A DNA stretch of 64,000 bases from a virus (taxonomy: Duplodnaviria > Caudoviricetes), in the IMG/VR virus record IMGVR_UViG_3300010885_082162, positions 1 to 64,000 of that record, one strand, 5' to 3'. This document shows positions 29,450-38,050 of the stretch, one piece after another. Below the pieces are notes generated by a model that was given only the letters and a program-made list of their open reading frames with translations, had not been told where the DNA came from and ran no database searches. The stretch's first letter is position 1. The number at the start of each line of letters is the position of its first letter. The translations under genes and the position numbers were made by a program.

Positions 29450-30025
29450 ATGAATAGAATTCTAGTCACAGGCGCGAGTTCAGGTCTAGGCAAATATTTG
29501 TCAAAAAAGTTTGAAGACGAAGGTCATTTTGTTCTAAAGCACAATGGAAAAAATCACTTTAATCTAATTAATTTAAACGACTTAAACAGACTAATTTGTC
29601 TTGCAAAAGAAAATAAAATTGATGTATTAATCAATAACGCAGCCATTACATGCCCAGGAAAGAAGCTACATGAGTATAGCCAGGACGAGATAGTTGATAT
29701 GACAAGTGTTAATTTGCTTGCCCCTATTCTTCTTACTCATGGTCTAGTTGATCAATTAAATTGTGTTATCAACATAAACTCAATGGTTGGTCTAGAAATA
29801 AAGCCAAAAAGAACGTTATATTCAGCTACGAAATGGGGACTAAGAGGATTCTCTCAAAGTTTTTCGTCTGAGAATGAAAGAATTCATATTCTTGACGTAT
29901 ATCCAACTAATATTAAGACAAGTCCTGAAAAAGAAAACGCGATGGATATAAACTTTGTTCTAGATGAAATCTATAATGCATTTTTAAATAAAGAGAAACG
30001 GCTGGTTTTAGATGGAAGAAAATAA
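29450..30025 (+). CDS. Short classical SDR oxidoreductase
   Basis: VTGASSGLG, LINNAA, NINS, YSATK. Confidence 0.88.
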   Translation: MNRILVTGASSGLGKYLSKKFEDEGHFVLKHNGKNHFNLINLNDLNRLICLAKENKIDVLINNAAITCPGKKLHEYSQDEIVDMTSVNLLAPILLTHGLVDQLNCVININSMVGLEIKPKRTLYSATKWGLRGFSQSFSSENERIHILDVYPTNIKTSPEKENAMDINFVLDEIYNAFLNKEKRLVLDGRK

Positions 30026-30977
30026 AAAGCTGATGCTAATTTGTGGTGCTACTGGCTTTATTGGTAGAAATTTACTTGACTTCTTTGTCAAGAAAGACAT
30101 CTATAAAATTAGAGCAACTCATTTTTCTAGAACCGCACCCAAAGGTTATGAAAATGTCGAATGGGTAAAGTGCGATCTAAAAGATCATAATTCTGTGAAG
30201 TCAATCATGAAAGGAGTTGATGTTGTTCTACAATTTGCAGCAACAACGTCGGGCGCAAAAGATATTATTGCTAAACCCTATATTCATGTAACTGACAATG
30301 CAATAATGAATTCTTTGTTGTTAAGAGAAGCCTTCGAACAGAGCGTAGAACATTTTGTATTTCCAAGCTGCACAATAATGTATCAGAAATCAGCCATCGC
30401 AATTTCTGAAGATGATTATAATCCATCAGATGAAATTTTACCTTTTTACTATGGCGCAGGTCATACGAAAGTTTACCTAGAAAAAATGTGCGAGTTCTAT
30501 TCAAGAATTGGGAAAACTAAGCATACTGTCATTAGACACTCAAATCTCTATGGATCGTATGATAAGTTTGACCTAGAGAAATCACACGTTTTTGGAGCTA
30601 CAGTAACAAAAGTCATGTCATCAAAAGATGATAAGATAATTGTGTGGGGTACAGGAGAAGAACAAAGAGACTTGCTTCATATTGATGACTTTTTAAGTTT
30701 TGTTGAGATTGCACTGCAAAAACAGGCTACACAATATGAGCTAGTAAATGTTGGTCTAGGAGAAGGAATTAAAATTAAAGACTTGGTTCGAAAGATAGTA
30801 AAAGCTTCAGGAAAAAAGCTACAGATTGAACACGACCTTTCCAAGCCTTCAGTACCAACATCGCTTTATTTAAATTGCAACAGAGCTAAAAATATCTTTG
30901 GATGGACACCGAAAGTATCGCTTGAAGAAGGTATAAAAAAGACGCTAGCTTGGTATAATCAAAATATCTTCTTTTAA
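30012..30977 (+). CDS. Second GDP-L-fucose-synthase-like extended SDR (atypical active site)
   Basis: ICGATGFIG, NLYGSYDKFD, SHV, VWGTGEEQRDLLH. AGHTK in place of YxxxK. Confidence 0.82.
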   Translation: MEENKKLMLICGATGFIGRNLLDFFVKKDIYKIRATHFSRTAPKGYENVEWVKCDLKDHNSVKSIMKGVDVVLQFAATTSGAKDIIAKPYIHVTDNAIMNSLLLREAFEQSVEHFVFPSCTIMYQKSAIAISEDDYNPSDEILPFYYGAGHTKVYLEKMCEFYSRIGKTKHTVIRHSNLYGSYDKFDLEKSHVFGATVTKVMSSKDDKIIVWGTGEEQRDLLHIDDFLSFVEIALQKQATQYELVNVGLGEGIKIKDLVRKIVKASGKKLQIEHDLSKPSVPTSLYLNCNRAKNIFGWTPKVSLEEGIKKTLAWYNQNIFF

Positions 30978-31084
30978 AAGACTACAACTTGCAAAATTAT
31001 TGATTATATATGCCTGTAGCTTAAGTCATCTTGATAAGCAAAATATTTCAAATGAAATCAGAGTAATAAATTAGTAAGAGGATT

Positions 31085-31840
31085 ATGTTAAAACAACAGA
31101 TTGATTTTTTTCATGAAAATGGCTTTCTAGTCGTAAATGATATCTTTACTAAAGACGATGCTGATCACTGTAATAGACTAATAAGAAGACATGCAAATAT
31201 TGACTTTGCTGCAATTGTTAATCCTGACCGTTATGAAGATTTAATAGCGCAAGACGAGAGACCAAAATCAAATATAACATTAGAAGAAATAGAAGAAACT
31301 TGCAACTATTTTTTATCAGCTATGAAAAATTTTAAGATTGTGTCTACATTAGAGAGTCTAACGGGTAAAGAAATTGTAGGCTTAAGTAGTCAATTTATCT
31401 TTAAAGAAGCATACTCTAGATACGCAAGTCAAGCGTGGAGTATTCACCAAGATGGTTGGTATCCTGGCGACAAACATGGTGATTATGTAACTGCAAACTG
31501 GTTTCTTAGAGATACAGATGTAAAAAATGGCACAATCTTTGTATATCCCGGTTCACATAAGCTGGGATTATTACATGCACAGCCTCAAAAAAGTTTTAGA
31601 GAGGATTATAATAAAAGTCCCGGTAGCAATTGCACTTTACCTGACGATTTTAAGATTGAAAAAGTCGATCTAGAGATTTCTAAATCATCAGTTGTATTTC
31701 TTCATGGTCATTGCGTGCATGGTTCTTATCCGAATACCTCAGAAAGATCGAGACCATGGCATTCCTTCTGCTACATTACAAAAGGATCAAATTTTGTCAT
31801 TGGTCAAAATGCTAAGAGAAGAGAAATTAACTTAAGATGA
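31085..31840 (+). CDS. PhyH-family Fe(II)/2-oxoglutarate dioxygenase
   Basis: HQD...NG.+.V.PGSH...VHGS..N.S..SR: facial triad and 2OG-binding Arg. Confidence 0.88.
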   Translation: MLKQQIDFFHENGFLVVNDIFTKDDADHCNRLIRRHANIDFAAIVNPDRYEDLIAQDERPKSNITLEEIEETCNYFLSAMKNFKIVSTLESLTGKEIVGLSSQFIFKEAYSRYASQAWSIHQDGWYPGDKHGDYVTANWFLRDTDVKNGTIFVYPGSHKLGLLHAQPQKSFREDYNKSPGSNCTLPDDFKIEKVDLEISKSSVVFLHGHCVHGSYPNTSERSRPWHSFCYITKGSNFVIGQNAKRREINLR

Positions 31841-31863
31841 CTTTTGCACATACTTTTGCACAT
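31840..31863 (+). repeat. 12-bp perfect tandem duplication ACTTTTGCACAT x2
   Basis: Read directly at 31840-31851 and 31852-31863; each copy contains TTGCAC. Confidence 0.9.
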
Positions 31864-31884
31864 TTTCCTTTAACTGAATAAAAT
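31856..31884 (+). promoter_or_regulatory. Putative sigma70-type promoter for the radical SAM genes
   Basis: TTGCAC (31856-31861), 17-nt spacer, TAAAAT (31879-31884). Confidence 0.55.
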
Positions 31885-31918
31885 TAGCTATAAGCCGATT
31901 TCTAAAGGGAAGATAACT

Positions 31919-33355
31919 ATGTTGTTTAAGAGTAGTGATGAAAGACTTCAAAAGTCTAAGCTAACAGTGCTAGCTAAGAAATATGAACACAGTGCGTTCA
32001 TGTATACTCATTATCCGCATAAAAGATTTTGGAGTCAAAATAAAAATGACGCTAGCTTTAAGAGTTCTCTCATAACCCTCAACAAGCAAAACAATCTAAC
32101 AGCAATGTTGTATGTGCATATGCCGTATTGCCAACAGCTTTGTTATTTCTGCACGTGTCACGTATCTATTACTAATGATTATCAAAAAGTAAAAGACTAC
32201 ATGGAAATTTTATTCAAAGAAATTGATCATTTTTCTAATTTCCTCACTGATAATAAAATTAAATTAGACGTTAAAGAAATTCACCTCGGCGGAGGATCTC
32301 CAACTTTTATAGAGGAAGCAGAGTTTGATATACTTTGTCAAAAGCTTGAAAAGATTGTGGACATAAAACTGTTGAGAGAATTTGCAATAGAAATTGATCC
32401 TCGAAGAGTTGATGTTCAAAAAATGAGATATTATCACAGCAAAGGAATTAATAGGATTTCTTTTGGAATTCAAGACTTTGATTCAAAAGTCCAAAATGCT
32501 GTCAATAGAATCCAGCCAGTTGAGCTAATTGATGACCTGCTTACACCTGAGATAAGAGACTTATTTAAGAATGGAATCAATTTTGATATTATCTGCGGTT
32601 TACCACATCAAACTGTTGACTCAATTAAACTAACAGCAAAAGAATGCGTTCGACTTTCTCCTGAAAGAATTTGCTTAAATTATCTTCATTACTCTCCTGT
32701 TTTTGCACCTCAGCAGAAATTCATGATAGATGGCAAAGATGGTAGACCAACTAAGCTTCCTGATTTCTTTGAAAGAAAAGAACTCTTTAGTGCTACTCAA
32801 GATGTGCTGGTTGATGGAGGATATGTTCGAACTGGTTATGACCATTTTGCTAAACCATTTGATGATGTTGCAAAAGCAGTTGATCAAAAAAAGGTCTACT
32901 GGAATTCGATGGGTGTTACACCCGGTGAGTATAATAACATAATTGGTCTCGGAATTAGTAGTGAGTCTACTGTTGGAAATTCTTATTTTCAGAACTTCTA
33001 TGATATGTTAGACTACACTAGCTCAGTACTGTCAAACTGCTTTCCTATATATAGAGAATATGAATTAACAGACGACGATCTTGTGAGAAAAGACGTAATA
33101 CAGCAAATAAGAAATTATTTTGAAATTAATTTTTCATCCATTGAAGAAGCACATAAAATTAATTTCCAAAGCTATTTTAGCGATGAAATGACAAAAATTA
33201 AAACTTTTGAAGAAGATGAGATTTTAGTCATTGAAAAAAATCAAATAAGACTCACTGAGACGGGTAGACAATTTACTAATATCGTGTGCAGAGTTTTTGA
33301 TAAATATTATTCTGATGACTTGAGAAAAAAAGATTTAGGGATTAGAGTAGATTGA
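31919..33355 (+). CDS. HemN-like radical SAM protein (coproporphyrinogen III oxidase family / possible class C methyltransferase)
   Basis: YTHYP, LYVHMPYCQQLCYFC (CxxxCxxC), HLGGGSP, EIDPR, RISFGIQD, GYDHFA. HemN HRNFQGY is replaced by YWNSMGV. Confidence 0.88.
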   Translation: MLFKSSDERLQKSKLTVLAKKYEHSAFMYTHYPHKRFWSQNKNDASFKSSLITLNKQNNLTAMLYVHMPYCQQLCYFCTCHVSITNDYQKVKDYMEILFKEIDHFSNFLTDNKIKLDVKEIHLGGGSPTFIEEAEFDILCQKLEKIVDIKLLREFAIEIDPRRVDVQKMRYYHSKGINRISFGIQDFDSKVQNAVNRIQPVELIDDLLTPEIRDLFKNGINFDIICGLPHQTVDSIKLTAKECVRLSPERICLNYLHYSPVFAPQQKFMIDGKDGRPTKLPDFFERKELFSATQDVLVDGGYVRTGYDHFAKPFDDVAKAVDQKKVYWNSMGVTPGEYNNIIGLGISSESTVGNSYFQNFYDMLDYTSSVLSNCFPIYREYELTDDDLVRKDVIQQIRNYFEINFSSIEEAHKINFQSYFSDEMTKIKTFEEDEILVIEKNQIRLTETGRQFTNIVCRVFDKYYSDDLRKKDLGIRVD

Positions 33356-33373
33356 TTAGCTGAAGGATTTAAC

Positions 33374-35242
33374 GTGCTAAAAAAGTTTAAACAGCTTGAA
33401 ATTATCAATATACCCCTAAAAAATCTTGAAACTAAAAAAGCTATTTACAGCAAGTTAGAGACAACTTTTAAAAATGGATGTCGAAAAATTTTATTGGTAA
33501 ATTCACTACCTTTTAACACCGAGAACTTTGAACTGAGACAAGCAAGAAACTCTAGGTATTATGCATGGCCACCTTACGGAATAGCTGTGCTTTGTAAAGT
33601 CTTAAGAGACAGAGGGTATGAAGTTAAACTTATAGATTTTAATCTTGAAATCTTGGACCTAATCAACAGAAGAAGTGACATTCAAGATAATGAATCTGCT
33701 AGAGAGCTTGCTGAGAATCATTGGAAGTCTAGTTTTAAACAGTCTGTAAATAATTTTCAACCTGACTTAGTAGGTCTAACATGCATGTTTACCATGGGAC
33801 ATGAAATGTTGATAAGAACTGCTAATTTTGCAAAAGAAGAATTTCAGATTCCTACTATCGTTGGCGGAGTACATGTAACTAATGCAACTAAATTTGTGCT
33901 CGGTGAAAGCAAGAATATTGACTTTGCCGGCTTATATGAATCCGATGTTAGTTTTTGCGATTTTATTGATGTTATAAACAAAAAACTTGATTTAAATAAA
34001 TTAAATCAAATAGCAACCATTATTAATGGTGAGTATATCGCTATAGACTCTAGCGCGACGCCAACTGCAGATGATCTAAACATAATACCCGATTATGATT
34101 CACTAGATCTCAGCTTGTATAGCAACTTAGGTGAAGTCGGATCTTATAGATCATGGCTGCCCAAACAGATAAAGTCGACTTCAATTTTGTCAAACAGAGG
34201 ATGTCGAGCGAGATGCTCATTCTGCAGCGTAAGAAATTTTAATGGTTTCGGTGTTAGAGCAAGAAGCATAGAGTCAGTTATTGATGAGCTAACAAAAGTA
34301 AAAGAAAAATATGGAATCGGTCATGTTACGTGGATAGATGATGATCTGTTCTATGATCAAGAAAGAGCCTTGCAGCTTTTTAATGAAATGGCTGATAGAA
34401 ACTTAAACATAAAATGGTGTGCATCAAATGGAATAATTGCCTCTGCAGCTGCAAAAACACCAGCTCTAATAGAGACAGCTGCACGTTCTGGTTGCATTGG
34501 AATGACTTTTGGATTAGAATCCGGAAGCGATGCTATATTAAAAGCTGTACATAAACCATCCAAAGTTCAGCACTATTACATAGTAGGAGATCTTCTAAAG
34601 AAGTACCCACAAATTTTTACTAGAGGATTTTTAATAATTGGTTTTCCGAATGAGACCTTGAGCCAAATGATGCAGACTGTCAAGATGGCGCAAGATGTTG
34701 GACTTGACTGGTATGGCATACAGCTTTTATCTCCACTGCCTTCAACTGAAATTTATGAAGAAATGGTTTCATTGGGTCTTATTGATGATATCAATTTGAA
34801 AAAGAATAAAGAGGGTGACGGTTCTAAATTGTTCGTTGTTAGACAGGCAGAGAAACAAAGAGAACAAGAGCAGCTTCAAAAAAATAAAGTTGAAAAATTT
34901 GTTAATCTTTTTGAGGGCGACTGGAATGTGATACCAACCAGAGAACAGCTTCACGACATTTGGCTGCTAGTTGATTATTGGATTAATTACGCACCAATTT
35001 TGGAGCTAAAAGACAGAGATAGACTTGTTAAGAAAAAAATGATACTAACTGATATTTGTGATAGAATGACAAAAGATAATCCTCTAGCTAGCTTATTTCT
35101 AAGCGTTGTTGACCAAAAACTTGGAAATGTTGAAGAATCGAAAAAGAGAAATACTATCGCAAAATCTTATCTAAATTCTTCTGAATACTGGAAATCGAGA
35201 TTTGATGCACTTAATCTTAATGGTCTAATGGAGTTAACTTGA
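33374..35242 (+). CDS. Cobalamin-binding radical SAM protein (class B-type architecture)
   Basis: PPYGIAVL, PDLVGLT, IVGGVHVT (B12 domain); RGCRARCSFC, IDDD, FGLESGS, IIGFPNET. GTG start. Confidence 0.9.
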   Translation: MLKKFKQLEIINIPLKNLETKKAIYSKLETTFKNGCRKILLVNSLPFNTENFELRQARNSRYYAWPPYGIAVLCKVLRDRGYEVKLIDFNLEILDLINRRSDIQDNESARELAENHWKSSFKQSVNNFQPDLVGLTCMFTMGHEMLIRTANFAKEEFQIPTIVGGVHVTNATKFVLGESKNIDFAGLYESDVSFCDFIDVINKKLDLNKLNQIATIINGEYIAIDSSATPTADDLNIIPDYDSLDLSLYSNLGEVGSYRSWLPKQIKSTSILSNRGCRARCSFCSVRNFNGFGVRARSIESVIDELTKVKEKYGIGHVTWIDDDLFYDQERALQLFNEMADRNLNIKWCASNGIIASAAAKTPALIETAARSGCIGMTFGLESGSDAILKAVHKPSKVQHYYIVGDLLKKYPQIFTRGFLIIGFPNETLSQMMQTVKMAQDVGLDWYGIQLLSPLPSTEIYEEMVSLGLIDDINLKKNKEGDGSKLFVVRQAEKQREQEQLQKNKVEKFVNLFEGDWNVIPTREQLHDIWLLVDYWINYAPILELKDRDRLVKKKMILTDICDRMTKDNPLASLFLSVVDQKLGNVEESKKRNTIAKSYLNSSEYWKSRFDALNLNGLMELT

Positions 35243-36252
35243 AAGCAATTATTACAGGTATAACTGGCATGGTAGGCTCACACTTAGCAGACTTTTTGCT
35301 TGAGAACACGGACTGGGAAATTCACGGCATGATGAGATGGTTCGAACCAACAAAAAATATTGAGCATCTCTCACGAAGAATAAATGATAAAGATCGAATA
35401 GAACTACACAATGCTGACCTTAATGATTTTGCAAGCCTGATGTCACTTATAAAAAAAGTCAAACCAGACTATGTGTTTCATTTAGCAGCTCAAAGTTATC
35501 CAAAGACTAGTTTTGACTCTCCACTTGAGACTTTGCAAACCAACATAATTGGAACATGCGCACTGCTAGAGGCAATTAGACTCTCAGAAATTGACTTAAA
35601 AAAAATTACTGTACATGTCTGCGCAAGCTCCGAAGTCTTTGGAAGAGTTTCAAAAGATAAACTTCCAATTCACGAAGATGTTAACTTTCATCCAGCTTCA
35701 CCGTACGCAATTTCCAAAGTTGGCACTGATTTAATTGGAAGATTTTATGCTGAAGCATATGGAATGAGAGTCATGACGACTAGAATGTTTACACATACGG
35801 GACCTCGCAGAGGTGACGTTTTTGCTGAATCTTCATTTGCTAAGCAAATTGCGCTAATAGAAGCCGGTAAAATACCGCCTATTTTAAAAGTAGGTAATCT
35901 AGATTCTCTTAGAACATGGGCAGATGTTCGTGATGCAGTTAGAGCATATTACATGCTTGTGACTAATAATCCTGTCGCAGGTGAGTACTACAACATTGGC
36001 GGCTCTTATACGTGTTCTGTAAGAGACATGTTAAATTTTCTTCTTAAAAATTCTACAGTTAAAAACATACAAGTTGTCGTAGATCCGGATAGGCTTAGGC
36101 CTATTGATGCTGATCTTCAGATACCTGACACAAATAAGTTTAAGAGCCACACCGGTTGGCAGCCTGAGATTAGTTTTGAAAAAACAATGTTAGAATTATT
36201 ACAATATTGGCGTAATGAAGTAAGAAAAGATACTGCCGAAATTGTAAGATAA
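35239..36252 (+). CDS. gmd: GDP-mannose 4,6-dehydratase-like
   Basis: ITGITGMVGSHLA, HLAAQS, ASSEVFG, PASPYAISK, VGNLDSLRTWADVRD, RLRPID. TTG start overlapping the upstream stop. Confidence 0.8.
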   Translation: MKAIITGITGMVGSHLADFLLENTDWEIHGMMRWFEPTKNIEHLSRRINDKDRIELHNADLNDFASLMSLIKKVKPDYVFHLAAQSYPKTSFDSPLETLQTNIIGTCALLEAIRLSEIDLKKITVHVCASSEVFGRVSKDKLPIHEDVNFHPASPYAISKVGTDLIGRFYAEAYGMRVMTTRMFTHTGPRRGDVFAESSFAKQIALIEAGKIPPILKVGNLDSLRTWADVRDAVRAYYMLVTNNPVAGEYYNIGGSYTCSVRDMLNFLLKNSTVKNIQVVVDPDRLRPIDADLQIPDTNKFKSHTGWQPEISFEKTMLELLQYWRNEVRKDTAEIVR

Positions 36253-36255
36253 ACT

Positions 36256-37029
36256 ATGACAAAAAAGATATTAGTAATTGGTGAATCTTGTAAAGATGTT
36301 TTCATCTACGGTAGTGTTGAAAGATTTGCTCCCGAGGCACCTGCGCCCGTATTTTTAGAATTATCTAGTAATGAAAATCCAGGCATGGCTGCCAATGTTC
36401 AAAACAACATAATGTCTTTAAGCGTTTCATGCGACATTATGACTAATTCAAACTGGGAAACAATTAAAAAAACAAGATATATGGACGATAGAACAAATCA
36501 TATGTTTGTTAGAGTCGATACCAATGATAAAAGTTACTCAAAATTTATTCTTAACAGTGAAACGCTTGACAAGATTTTAGGTTATGACGTTGTTGTCATA
36601 TCTGACTATGACAAAGGCTTTATAACAAGCGATGACATCTTGAGAATTTCATCTTCACATCAAAATGTTCTCTTAGATACTAAAAAAGTCTTAGGAGATT
36701 GGTGTAGAAATGTGAAATACATAAAAATCAATAGAGACGAATATGAAAAATCTAAAGATGCAATTGATGAAAATATTTCTAGCAAACTAATCATAACTCA
36801 AGGTAAAGAAGGCTGTGTTTTTCAAAATAAGCTTTTAAAGGTAAAAAAAGTAAGCATAAGAGATGTCTCAGGAGCCGGTGATACTTTTATGGCAGCGCTA
36901 GCAGTTAAGATTGCAAATGAAGTAAAAATTGAAGGTGCAATAAAGTTTGCAAATGAATGCGCAACAGTCGTCGTACAAAAAAGAGGAGTATCAGTCATCA
37001 ATGATAGTATGGACAAACGGCTGCTTTGA
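36256..37029 (+). CDS. Heptose-7-phosphate kinase (HldA/RfaE domain I, PfkB family)
   Basis: LVIGESCKD...RFAPEAPAP, GMAANV, KKTR, SDYDKG, DVSGAGDTF, VVQKRG. Confidence 0.88.
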   Translation: MTKKILVIGESCKDVFIYGSVERFAPEAPAPVFLELSSNENPGMAANVQNNIMSLSVSCDIMTNSNWETIKKTRYMDDRTNHMFVRVDTNDKSYSKFILNSETLDKILGYDVVVISDYDKGFITSDDILRISSSHQNVLLDTKKVLGDWCRNVKYIKINRDEYEKSKDAIDENISSKLIITQGKEGCVFQNKLLKVKKVSIRDVSGAGDTFMAALAVKIANEVKIEGAIKFANECATVVVQKRGVSVINDSMDKRLL

Positions 37030-37396
37030 TTGCATTCATGCAGGTCACGTTGAGATACTTGACTACGCCAGAAAAAAAGGTCATAAACTGATTGTTGGTA
37101 TCGACTCTGACGATAGAGTGAAAAAATCAAAAGGTGCCAACAGACCTATTCATAGTCAAGATAGCAGAAAAAGAGTGCTTGAGTCGATTAAACACGTAGA
37201 TGAAGTTGTAATTTTTTCTTCTGACGAAGAGCTTGTAGAATGTATTAAAAAATCTGGCGCATCTCTCATTGTCGTTGGATCAGACTACATAGATAAAAAA
37301 GTAATAGGCTCTGAATTAGTAGAAGTTAATTTTTTTAAGAGAATACCGGAATTTTCAAGCACAAAAATAATAGAAAAAGGAGGCCTCAATGAGTAG
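37001..37396 (+). CDS. Heptose-1-phosphate nucleotidyltransferase (HldC/RfaE domain II)
   Basis: WTNGCFDCIHAGH (HxGH), VGIDSD, KGANRPI, SSTKII. Start 37001 with GAGGAG upstream. Confidence 0.88.
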   Translation: MIVWTNGCFDCIHAGHVEILDYARKKGHKLIVGIDSDDRVKKSKGANRPIHSQDSRKRVLESIKHVDEVVIFSSDEELVECIKKSGASLIVVGSDYIDKKVIGSELVEVNFFKRIPEFSSTKIIEKGGLNE

Positions 37397-37754
37397 TTTT
37401 AAAAAATTTCTTCCTGAAGAACACCCAAAAGGATGGGGGAAAGAGTTGTGGATCACAAACACAGACAAATATTGTGGAAAAATATTGTGTTTTAATAAGG
37501 GCAAGAGATGTAGTTGGCATTATCATGAAATAAAAGATGAAGTTTTTTATCTTTTAAACGGTTTAATGGAAATAACAGTTTCTGAGTCAAATGATAGAGA
37601 AAAAGCAGAAACATTCTTTCTAAAAAAAGGAGAAACTTTTCACGTAAAGACCGGGCTGAGACATCAAATGCTAGCAATTGAAGACTCAGAATTACTTGAA
37701 GTTTCAACACGACATTTTGAAGATGATAGTATTAGAATTATTAAGGGTGACTAA
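37389..37754 (+). CDS. Cupin-fold sugar isomerase-like protein
   Basis: KGWGKELWI, SWHYHEIKDE, RHQM, LEVST. Confidence 0.8.
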   Translation: MSSFKKFLPEEHPKGWGKELWITNTDKYCGKILCFNKGKRCSWHYHEIKDEVFYLLNGLMEITVSESNDREKAETFFLKKGETFHVKTGLRHQMLAIEDSELLEVSTRHFEDDSIRIIKGD

Positions 37755-38019
37755 TGAAATTAATCACGGGTGGCACAGGCCTTTTAGGTTCAGAAATTCT
37801 TAAATTAGAACAGAATTCTGTAGGTTGCCCCACCTTGACTATAGAAAATTCTTACAAATTGATCCTAGACTTTATCGACCCCACGAAGTGCATTTTCTCC
37901 AGGGAGCTGCCAGCAAGGCTAAAGAAAAACTTGGCTGAAAACCAAAACACACGCTTAAAGATCTTGCTCAGATGATGTATGAGATTGATTTAAAAATTGA
38001 ATCAGACAAGAGGCGTTGA
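37754..38019 (+). pseudogene. Chimeric remnant: 5' end of an RmlD-like SDR joined out of frame to the 3' end of a second gmd-like gene
   Basis: One frame gives [18 protein letters not shown]...CPT. Another frame from 37834 gives [52 protein letters not shown], the Gmd C-terminus, with TGA at the conserved Trp (37936-37938). Confidence 0.85.
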
Positions 38020-38044
38020 ACGAGACTCACACTTATTGTAGTAT
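38016..38044 (+). promoter_or_regulatory. Putative sigma70-type promoter giving a leaderless transcript
   Basis: TTGAAC (38016-38021), 17 nt, TAGTAT (38039-38044). ATG at 38051 with no SD. Confidence 0.55.
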
Positions 38045-38050
38045 GTACTA

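Noticed and set aside
31919-33355. hemN as a heme-biosynthesis auxiliary gene
   Set aside because: No other hem genes are present and a substrate-binding segment is altered, so I left the symbol unassigned. Not formally excluded.
37936-37938. TGA at a conserved Trp, suggesting TGA=Trp recoding (code 4/25)
   Set aside because: Many intact genes end in TGA with ATGA/GTGA coupling, and Trp elsewhere is TGG. The codon lies in a fragment with no start, so it is pseudogene decay.
12598-38019. Bacterial chromosomal O-antigen/LPS locus
   Set aside because: It is embedded without a visible break between phage-type genes, is flanked by baseplate and sigma genes, has similar AT-richness, and lacks export/polymerase genes. 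A chimeric assembly cannot be fully excluded without reads.
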